Shown here one piece after another: positions 1 to 6,304 of a DNA stretch of 6,972 nucleotides (within the stretch, counting starts at the first letter, position 1; each line of letters opens with the position of its first letter). A program made the translations under genes and the position numbers. Source of the stretch: Fonticula alba ATCC 38817 (taxonomy: Eukaryota; Protista; Nucleariida); assembly GCA_000388065.2 (NCBI GenBank), contig KB932203.1. The stretch is one strand, 5' to 3'. The notes beneath the pieces were generated by a model. It did not search any database and was not told the origin of the DNA. It worked only from the letters and a program-made list of their open reading frames with translations.

Positions 1-38
1 GTGCAAGCGTGCAAGCGTGCAAGCGTGCAAGTGTGTGT
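1..38 (+). repeat. Tail of the (GTGCAAGY)n array
   Basis: Four GTGCAAGY units then GTGTGT; equals 5341-5378. Confidence 0.95.
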
Positions 39-151
39 CTGCGCGCGTATTTCGCCGCACGCATGTCACTGACATCCGGAGGCCCCGGTGGTCTGATTGC
101 GCGCGTATCGATGTTTGGACTTTCGGCCGGCGTCCTCGCCCTTCGCGGCAG

Positions 152-430
152 TTTCACCAATGCGGGGCCGGCTGCTTGGAGCGGAACGCCAGCATGGTTG
201 GTCGTCTGTTTGCCCACAACCGGAAGCTGTTGGTCCTTACTTCGGAGGAGCTCGTATGCCTGGAGTTCGACAGGAATCTCATCTATGCTGTGGGGCCGCC
301 CAACAGGTGGCAGTCCCTCCGGTTGGTGCTATCTCCTCAGGCGCGGCTGATCCCGGCAGCCGACAACGGGATGGTGTATCTGGTGCCTTCTCCCATGCAC
401 CATCCAATTCTGATTGACCTTCGCCAGCCG
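152..430 (+). CDS. Internal exon of the spliced unknown gene (FHQCGAG...MVGRLFAHNRKLLVL...ILIDLRQP)
   Basis: Acceptor CGTCCTCGCCCTTCGCGGCAG ends at 151 in phase 0; donor GTAAGC at 431. The 5' boundary is less certain because ATG 194 could be an alternative start. Confidence 0.7.
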
Positions 431-595
431 GTAAGCCGGTTTTCCTTCTTCCCTAAAGTGCGCCTTCAGTGTGCCCGTGGTGTCACCTGCCTTGCTGGTC
501 GCTGCCAGTGGGGGGGACAAGAGGGGGGGGGGGGGGCAGGCCGCGGGGCCCGCCCGGGGCCCGGCCGCAGGTATGGCAAGAAGCTGACTCTCTAG
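431..595 (+). other. GT-AG intron, 165 nt, phase 0
   Basis: Donor GTAAGC; branch GCTGAC at 583-588; acceptor CTCTCTAG. Removes the in-frame TAG at 593-595 and a G14 run, fusing ORFs 17..595 and 644..1813, which share a frame. Confidence 0.85.
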
Positions 596-874
596 AATGG
601 CCCGATCGATGGAACACAGCTGGAGTACCTGTTACCGGAGTACATGGCCCCGATGAATGCCCTGTCCGACGGCTGCTCCATCTTCTTCACGGACCGCACT
701 CGGAGGATGCTCCTTCGGCTGGGACCGGGGAGCGGTAATCCACTGCCCGTCGGTGTTAATGAGAGTCCCTTTCATTTGTTGCCGGCCGGCCAGCAGCGGG
801 TCAACATTTTGCCGGATTCCGGAACCCCGCAGAGGTATGACCTGATCAGGTCGGTGAAACTGTCGCCCGAGCTG
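596..874 (+). CDS. Internal exon (NGPIDGTQLEYLLPEY...RSVKLSPEL)
   Basis: Open frame between the acceptor at 595 and donor GTACGT at 875. Confidence 0.8.
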
Positions 875-964
875 GTACGTCGGCGGGGTCGGCCCCGGGG
901 GTTCTCCCTCCTCCGGGCCTGGGCTTTTCTTCCTTTCCCCCCCCCCCCCCTCTCTCTCTCCCAG
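875..964 (+). other. GT-AG intron, 90 nt, phase 0
   Basis: Donor GTACGT; long pyrimidine tract (TTTTCTTCCTTT, C14, (TC)n) ending in CCCAG. In frame, so retention would also be translatable. Confidence 0.8.
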
Positions 965-1732
965 CATCCTGACGAGGATGCCTTCCCATGGCTGCCGACG
1001 CATTTCGCCCCCCTGGCGGGTGTCGTCTGTCCGGGCGGGCGCTTGGCCGCGAGAAAGGCCTTCAATCTCTCGAGTATGCCGGACCCGAGGTGGAATTGGG
1101 CGACCCCGAGGCGGTGGATGTGCATCCATGAGGGGCTGTTGGTGTCGTTCTTGTTTTTGCCAAGTGGACGGTCGCCCGACCTCCCGCCCCTTTCGGAGAC
1201 GATCTACTCCCCGACACTCGAGTTTGTCAGGTCCCTGGTGGACAAGCAGCTCGAGGTGCGCTTTGGCCCGGGACGTGTGCTGCTCGGATCGGCTCTCCGC
1301 GGAATGCCCCGGCTGGTGGTTGAGGGAACGCTGGCTTTCGACTTTTGCCTGCGATCTCGACAACTGAAGTCCGGCCACTTCCCCTCGGTCGGCAGGCTGG
1401 CAAGTCCAAGCGACTCGGGGCCTTCGGACGATCTTCCGGAGCACCCCCGGTCGGGGGGCCCGGAGGCCGGGTCGCCGCCGGGGAACCACTCGGCCGAGAC
1501 CACCGAGCAGGAGATCTTCTTCCTTGCGAATGCCTCCCTGAAGGGGGTCCATCTGGAGTTGGTAGATGGCCACATGAAGGTGGCACCCCCAGTGAGCCTG
1601 ATTCACTGGCGGGTCCTGCGGTCGTGGGACATGTACCTCATCGAGGAGCTGGGCATTGTGGCCGTCGTCTCGGCATCGACGATTCTGCTCTATGATCGCC
1701 ACACTTCGACGGTCGAACGCGCGTTGGAAAAG
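965..1732 (+). CDS. Largest exon (HPDEDAFPW...VERALEK), including a Ser/Pro/Gly-rich linker
   Basis: Part of ORF 644..1813; ends at AAG|GTGCGT. Confidence 0.85.
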
Positions 1733-1865
1733 GTGCGTCCAGGCAGCCGGGCTGGCCCGAGCCCGGGGGGCCGGGCCCGGGCGAGGTCCCCTTTGCCCCG
1801 GGGCCCTGGTTAAATGTGGCCAGGCTGGCCCTCGTGGCAAGTGTGTGTACTTACCCCTCCCACAG
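1733..1865 (+). other. GT-AG intron, 133 nt, phase 0
   Basis: Donor GTGCGT; branch-like TACTTAC at 1848-1854; acceptor CCCCTCCCACAG; GC-rich palindromic interior. Confidence 0.8.
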
Positions 1866-1960
1866 CCGCCGGGCTGTATGTGCGGGATCTTCGTCCTTCC
1901 TGGCAGGTGCCACCGCGTGGCGGTGGTTGCAAGCTCTCGGGTGGACATCTTGGACAACTG
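1866..1960 (+). CDS. Short exon (PPGCMCGIFVLPGRCHRVAVVASSRVDILDN-W)
   Basis: Frame of ORF 1656..2033; ends at the phase-2 donor GTATGT at 1961. Confidence 0.75.
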
Positions 1961-2126
1961 GTATGTTGCCATCCCATGGGGGCGTCGCATCGGTCGCCGA
2001 GGGTGGCATTCGCTCCTGCTATGGGGAAACTAACATCTGGCACGTCGGGGCGGATGTATGGGCTTTGGGGGGGGGGGGGCGGCGGGAGCCCCAGGGGGGG
2101 GGGGGGGCGATAAATCATCCTCGTAG
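1961..2126 (+). other. GT-AG intron, 166 nt, phase 2
   Basis: Donor GTATGT; acceptor CATCCTCGTAG; contains G13 and G14 runs. The TG+G junction restores Trp in frame with ORF 1816..2376. Confidence 0.8.
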
Positions 2127-2293
2127 GACGCCTCTAAAGACCTTGAAGCCCGAGGGTAGCTTTTGGCTGAGTGCCACTCAGGCGGATGGCCGGTATATTA
2201 CATTGCGACGAGATGATGGCTTTTTGGACTTGCTGGACTTCGAGGAGCTGTTTTTCATGAAGAACGCCTCCAAGTCGATGGTACTGACGAGCG
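2127..2293 (+). CDS. Exon (TPLKTLKPEGSFWLS...SKSMVLTS)
   Basis: Protein-like part of ORF 1816..2376; ends at the phase-1 donor GTACGT at 2294. Confidence 0.8.
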
Positions 2294-2443
2294 GTACGTG
2301 CGGCTGCCGGGCGACCTGCGGGGCCGTCCTGGAGCGTGGCCATGGGCGTGGGCAGGAGGGGAGTCACACGCATTGATCGGAGGGGCAAAGCCCCAGCCCC
2401 CCCCCCCCCCCCGGGGACAGGACTGACACCATTGCCCGATCAG
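2294..2443 (+). other. GT-AG intron, 150 nt, phase 1
   Basis: Donor GTACGT; C16 run; branch GACTGAC at 2421-2427; acceptor GATCAG. Joins in frame to ORF 2464..3306. Confidence 0.85.
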
Positions 2444-2909
2444 ACGATGTCCAGAATATTTGGATGTGCCCGTGGACGCCTTTGGTGTGGTTCACCGGGT
2501 GTCCTGTGGAAGGGGTGTTCACGCTTCACATGGGCACGCGACGCAGCCTCGACGGTGGCGACTCTCCGGAAAAGGAGGCCGTGGTGTCGGTGTGCCTGCG
2601 ACCGGCGACACACCAGGAGCCAGTGGCCACGGTGCCGTCGACCCGAGAATGGTTTGTGTCCGGCGGAGTGTTCTTTGGGCCTCAAAAGCCCGGTGTCGGC
2701 GAGCCGGCCGCACGGGACGGCCATGCGGCTCCGGCGCAGGTGACTTCCCAGCCGCAGTTTCCTCCGGCCAGGGATCATGTAGGCTTCGTTTTTAACTTTG
2801 GCTCGCGGGAACACCTTGCGACATCCATGGCCACCGACAGCAAGCCGCGGCCCAAGAAACTCGAAGTGGCTTTCTTCAGCCACAAGGGCCGGCGCTTCTG
2901 TGCCCTGAG
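2444..2909 (+). CDS. Exon (DVQNIWMCPWTPLVWF...SHKGRRFCAL)
   Basis: Open frame ending at GAG|GTATGT (2910), just before the TG microsatellite. A further internal intron is not excluded. Confidence 0.75.
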
Positions 2910-2948
2910 GTATGTTTCTGGCGCTGCGGACTGCTCGCTTTCCATCTT

Positions 2949-3024
2949 TGTATGTCTATGTGTCTGTGTGTCTGTGTGTATGTCTGTGTGTCTGTATGTC
3001 TGTGTGTCTGTATGTCTGTGTGTC
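2949..3024 (+). repeat. TG-rich microsatellite of TGTN tetramers with a 16-bp higher-order unit
   Basis: TGTATGTCTGTGTGTC x3 at 2977-3024, preceded by degenerate units; cut off by the gap. Confidence 0.95.
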
Positions 3025-3034
3025 NNNNNNNNNN
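3025..3034. other. Scaffold gap (10 N)
   Basis: Run of N between two different microsatellites. Confidence 0.99.
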
Positions 3035-3114
3035 CACACACTTGCACACACTTGCACACACTTGCACACACTTGCACACACTTGCACACACCCACACACC
3101 CGCACACCCACACA
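3035..3114 (+). repeat. CA-rich tandem repeat (CTTGCACACA)x5 with a degenerate tail
   Basis: Five exact 10-mers at 3041-3090, then CCCACACACCCGCACACCCACACA. Confidence 0.95.
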
Positions 3115-3230
3115 GCGAAACCGATTAAAGGTCGCACGCCTGACAGGCAACCGCCTCGTTATTTCGCCGGTTTTTTTTCGGTTGGTTTCGATTGTCCCCC
3201 GCGCGAGCCACCTCCCTCTTTCCACCATAG

Positions 3231-3306
3231 CGAGCTTCCGGCAGGGCTTTCCCCTGGAATATTAATGGGCCACCGTTGGGCGTCTCGTTCCTCGGCCTGG
3301 CCCTGA
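3231..3306 (+). CDS. Tentative terminal exon (ELPAGLSPGILMGHRWASRSSAWP*)
   Basis: Pyrimidine-rich acceptor at 3230; using the phase-2 donor at 2910, the frame runs 24 codons to TGA at 3304-3306. The link crosses the gap. Confidence 0.3.
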
Positions 3307-3366
3307 TCCCTGGTCCTTCCAGGCATCCTCTCCTTGGCTCGGCCGGATGTGGGAGCCCCGGCGGCG

Positions 3367-3392
3367 ATGGCGTCGGCCGGGCTAGGACCGTC
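3367..3392 (+). CDS. Tentative first coding exon (MASAGLGPS)
   Basis: GCGGCGATGG start context; donor GTAAAG at 3393 (phase 2) matches the TAG acceptor at 3532 (140-nt intron). Confidence 0.35.
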
Positions 3393-3532
3393 GTAAAGGC
3401 GACTCCCTGGATCGAGGCCAGAGGGGCCGCCAGATGGGCCTCCTATTTCCCGGCAAAGTGGCCGGGTCTCTTCTGCTTTTCATGAGCAACTGCCTTCGAC
3501 CACCTCTCTCGTCATTCGTCCACCCGGATTAG

Positions 3533-3678
3533 ATCTCGAGTGGTCGAGAGCGGATGCCATCTCGCAGGGGGCGATGACCTCCGCGGCGTCGCGGGCAACT
3601 CGACAAGTGGACCCCTCGATGATGGCCTTCTTGACAAGTGCCCTGTGTTTGCCTTGGGAGTCATGAGCGCAGTGGGGG
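3533..3678 (+). CDS. Tentative exon (SRVVESGCHLAGGDD...GVMSAVG)
   Basis: Frame of ORF 3540..4100; donor GTATTT at 3679 (phase 1). The opposite strand is a competing coding candidate here. Confidence 0.35.
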
Positions 3679-3863
3679 GTATTTTTGTGGGGCAGAGGAA
3701 GAAGGGGCGCGGAAGAGTGCGGAACAATCAAGACAAGTTGCTGCCCCCCCCCCCCCTTCTCATGGCCCCTTCCTCGGAACCCCTCTTCCATCATTGCTTC
3801 TCCTGGCCCCTTGTCGGTCTTCCTTTCACTCTCCTTGCTGTATACCTTGAGCCTTGGTGCAAG

Positions 3864-4014
3864 AGGCAGCCTCAAGCATCCGGCCGCTACGGTGTAGTCG
3901 GGGCAAGGTCCGAATCGCCCAACTTCTGCGACAGAAAAAAAAAGAAGAGGATACGCCTGCTTTGGGACAGCCCGTCGACCCCGAGGGATCACCCATTGCC
4001 ACCGACGCCCAGAA
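3864..4014 (+). CDS. Probable exon (AASSIRP...IAQLLRQKKKEEDTPALGQPVDPEGSPIATDAQ); boundaries uncertain
   Basis: Frame of ORF 3854..4267 with strong G/C third positions; follows a long pyrimidine tract (3744-3850). The assumed donor at 4015 (GTTCCC) is weak. Confidence 0.5.
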
Positions 4015-4181
4015 GTTCCCCACCAGCACGCGCCGTCGTCGCCTGCCCTTACGCACCCCCCCTCCCCCCCCCCCCAAACTCGGCCCCCATTGCCCTGTGA
4101 GGCCGGCTCACCGGAGAGTCCCACACCCCGAGGGGCCAGTCGCACACACAACACAATGCCTGACCAGGGCCTTTCATACAG

Positions 4182-4374
4182 CACTGGTGATGAATATGCC
4201 GAGAGTATGCCCACCCGCGTGGGCCTCAAGGATGGCCGGGTGCTTTTGGAATTTGGCCCGAAAATAGTCCTCTCCCAACGTGCAAAGGACCGCTGGATGG
4301 CCATGGCCTACACCTACGGCAAGGCGGAGGAGCTTTTCGACCTTCGGCAGCCTTTCCGACCCGGCTCGGAGAAG
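4182..4374 (+). CDS. Exon (TGDEYAESMPTRVGLKDGRVLLEFGPK...LFDLRQPFRPGSEK)
   Basis: Branch CCTGAC at 4159-4164; acceptor CTTTCATACAG at 4181; donor AAG|GTGCGT at 4375. Confidence 0.75.
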
Positions 4375-4503
4375 GTGCGTCCTTGGACGGGGACATCTGG
4401 GCGGCCGTGTTGCTGGGGGGGGGGGGGGGATGTCCGGCTACGGGGCATGGAGCGGCAACTGACGGTTCCCTCCGATCGCGTCGGCATCCCCTCGACGAAG
4501 CAG
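4375..4503 (+). other. GT-AG intron, 129 nt (126 nt with the alternative AAG), phase 0
   Basis: Donor GTGCGT; G15 run; branch ACTGAC at 4458-4463; tandem acceptor AAGCAG at 4498-4503. Confidence 0.8.
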
Positions 4504-4740
4504 GCTCCCTCGCTGAGCGGGACCATTTCCGTGGAGGACCGGTGGGTTTACGTTGCTTTCGGCGGTCAGATCGCCGTGGCCCAGTGCCTCGATGAGGGAA
4601 TCATGTACCCGGTGGAGGTTGTGCAGGACATTGCTGCAGGGGAGACCCTGGTTGAGCGGGGCACTGGCTGGTCTGTGGTCATGGCCCGGGGGGGCGCCGT
4701 TCGTGGGGTGCTGTTCGCGGGCCGGGTCATCCTTAAAGAG
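4504..4740 (+). CDS. Exon (APSLSGTISVEDRWVYVAFGGQ...GRVILKE); may extend to 4830
   Basis: Protein-like part of ORF 4090..4959; two phase-0 donor options, AG|GTCCGC at 4741 and ATG|GTTGGG at 4831. Confidence 0.7.
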
Positions 4741-4900
4741 GTCCGCACTGGGCTGATGGATGTCGCTGGGCCGGCCAGTCACTTCAAACTGCTGACAATG
4801 TGGCGTCTTTGGTCAGACCCTCTCCGGATGGTTGGGACCGGCGTCGAAGCCGGTCGAGGCATTCTTCCTGCGCGAGCATTCCCTTCTTCTATCTCACCAG
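4741..4900 (+). other. Intron, donor at 4741 or 4831, acceptor at 4900
   Basis: Strong acceptor CATTCCCTTCTTCTATCTCACCAG; splicing moves the frame from ORF 4090..4959 to ORF 4832..5935. Confidence 0.6.
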
Positions 4901-5161
4901 GGGGCTCTCTTCCGAGTGCGCTTTGGGATGGCGGCTTGCGAAGGAGATCCGGTGCATGACCAGGGCCGTGGTCCAAATGGGGCTGATAGGGTGTCGGTGC
5001 GCACCATCATTTCGGACCTTCGGATGGTCTATTGCAATCCGTTATTCAAGCCGCTGGTCTTTCCGTACTGCTTGCAAGGGGACCCGGTGGTGGTGACCAA
5101 TTGCCTCGGGCAAATCTTGCATGTCTGGACCGAGGCCTTTTCGCAGAACCTGGCAACGCTG
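4901..5161 (+). CDS. Exon (GALFRVRFGMAACEG...AFSQNLATL)
   Basis: Open frame ending at CTG|GTACGT (5162). Confidence 0.75.
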
Positions 5162-5491
5162 GTACGTGGCGGCCTCCGCCAAATTGACCTTGCGGATTTT
5201 CCGAGAAGGCCACAGATGCCTGAGGCGAATGCCTGTCCTTGTGTCCTTCTGTTCCCGTGGGGCTGTATCTTCATGTGTGTGTGTGTGCAAGTGTGCAAGT
5301 GTGCAAGTGTGCAAGCGTGCAAGCGTGCAAGTGTGCAAGCGTGCAAGCGTGCAAGCGTGCAAGCGTGCAAGTGTGTGTCTGCGCGCGTATTTCGCCGCAC
5401 GCATGTCACTGACATCCGGAGGCCCCGGTGGTCTGATTGCGCGCGTATCGATGTTTGGACTTTCGGCCGGCGTCCTCGCCCTTCGCGGCAG
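5162..5491 (+). other. Intron, about 330 nt, phase 0, containing the GTGCAAGY array
   Basis: Donor GTACGT; acceptor GGCAG at 5491 (=151). Removes the repeat-derived VQACKRAS peptide from ORF 4832..5935. Confidence 0.65.
5274..5378 (+). repeat. (GTGCAAGY)x11 array with (TG)n flanks
   Basis: Eleven 8-mers at 5285-5372 mixing GTGCAAGT and GTGCAAGC. Confidence 0.95.
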
Positions 5492-5770
5492 TTTCACCAA
5501 TGCGGGGCCGGCTGCTTGGAGCGGAACGCCAGCATGGTTGGTCGTCTGTTTGCCCACAACCGGAAGCTGTTGGTCCTTACTTCGGAGGAGCTCGTATGCC
5601 TGGAGTTCGACAGGAATCTCATCTATGCTGTGGGGCCGCCCAACAGGTGGCAGTCCCTCCGGTTGGTGCTATCTCCTCAGGCGCGGCTGATCCCGGCAGC
5701 CGACAACGGGATGGTGTATCTGGTGCCTTCTCCCATGCACCATCCAATTCTGATTGACCTTCGCCAGCCG
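5492..5770 (+). CDS. Second copy of exon 152-430
   Basis: Same sequence at +5340; followed by intron copy 5771-5935. Confidence 0.7.
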
Positions 5771-5935
5771 GTAAGCCGGTTTTCCTTCTTCCCTAAAGTG
5801 CGCCTTCAGTGTGCCCGTGGTGTCACCTGCCTTGCTGGTCGCTGCCAGTGGGGGGGACAAGAGGGGGGGGGGGGGGCAGGCCGCGGGGCCCGCCCGGGGC
5901 CCGGCCGCAGGTATGGCAAGAAGCTGACTCTCTAG

Positions 5936-6214
5936 AATGGCCCGATCGATGGAACACAGCTGGAGTACCTGTTACCGGAGTACATGGCCCCGATGAATGC
6001 CCTGTCCGACGGCTGCTCCATCTTCTTCACGGACCGCACTCGGAGGATGCTCCTTCGGCTGGGACCGGGGAGCGGTAATCCACTGCCCGTCGGTGTTAAT
6101 GAGAGTCCCTTTCATTTGTTGCCGGCCGGCCAGCAGCGGGTCAACATTTTGCCGGATTCCGGAACCCCGCAGAGGTATGACCTGATCAGGTCGGTGAAAC
6201 TGTCGCCCGAGCTG
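5936..6214 (+). CDS. Second copy of exon 596-874
   Basis: Same sequence at +5340; followed by intron copy 6215-6304. Confidence 0.8.
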
Positions 6215-6304
6215 GTACGTCGGCGGGGTCGGCCCCGGGGGTTCTCCCTCCTCCGGGCCTGGGCTTTTCTTCCTTTCCCCCCCCCCCCCCTCTCTCTCTC
6301 CCAG

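Larger units (their letters stand above)
1..1632 (+). repeat. Direct repeat copy 1 (period 5340 bp)
   Basis: Matches 5341-6972 line by line with no differences seen; ORF-track translations recur at +5340. Confidence 0.97.
2910..3230 (+). other. Putative phase-2 intron spanning the microsatellites and the N gap; 3' end uncertain
   Basis: Strong donor AG|GTATGT. Candidate acceptors are CCTCCCTCTTTCCACCATAG (3230), CCTTCCAG (3322) and GGATTAG (3532). True length is unknown because of the gap. Confidence 0.45.

Noticed and set aside
593-595. TAG readthrough or a non-standard code joining ORFs 17..595 and 644..1813
   Set aside because: This TAG is the acceptor of a 165-nt intron with a clear donor and branch point, so no recoding is needed.
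571-595. 25-nt mini-intron GTATGG...CTCTAG
   Set aside because: It requires the upstream G14-containing, low-complexity frame to be coding; the donor at 431 gives a cleaner in-frame model.
632-1990. 452-aa minus-strand ORF (and its 324-aa copy at 5972-6946)
   Set aside because: It is an Arg/Pro/Gly/His-rich antisense shadow of the plus-strand exons, as expected in GC-rich coding DNA, and it runs through plus-strand introns.
2775-3265. Cys/His/Thr-rich repeat peptides (VCLCV, HTCTHL, VQACKRAS; also at 5029-5690)
   Set aside because: They are translations of intronic microsatellites, and some cross the N gap.
3480-3485. TCATGA palindrome placing TGA stops on both strands inside long in-register open frames
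   Set aside because: In-register antisense frames are common in GC-rich DNA, and the site lies in a tentative intron, so recoding is unsupported.
1-5340. Polyomavirus or other small circular DNA virus, suggested by the 5.3-kb size
   Set aside because: I saw no J-domain HPDKGG, no SF3 helicase Walker A motif, no HUH Rep motifs, no capsid-like protein and no bidirectional early/late layout.
1-5340. Diplonemid or kinetoplastid mitochondrial chromosome, or dinoflagellate plastid minicircle
   Set aside because: Most of the unit is explained by spliceosomal exons and introns, and I recognised no respiratory, photosystem or rRNA fragment.
3035-5378. CRISPR array or intact DNA transposon
   Set aside because: The repeats are contiguous 8-10-mers with no spacers, and there are no cas genes, transposase motifs or evident target-site duplications.
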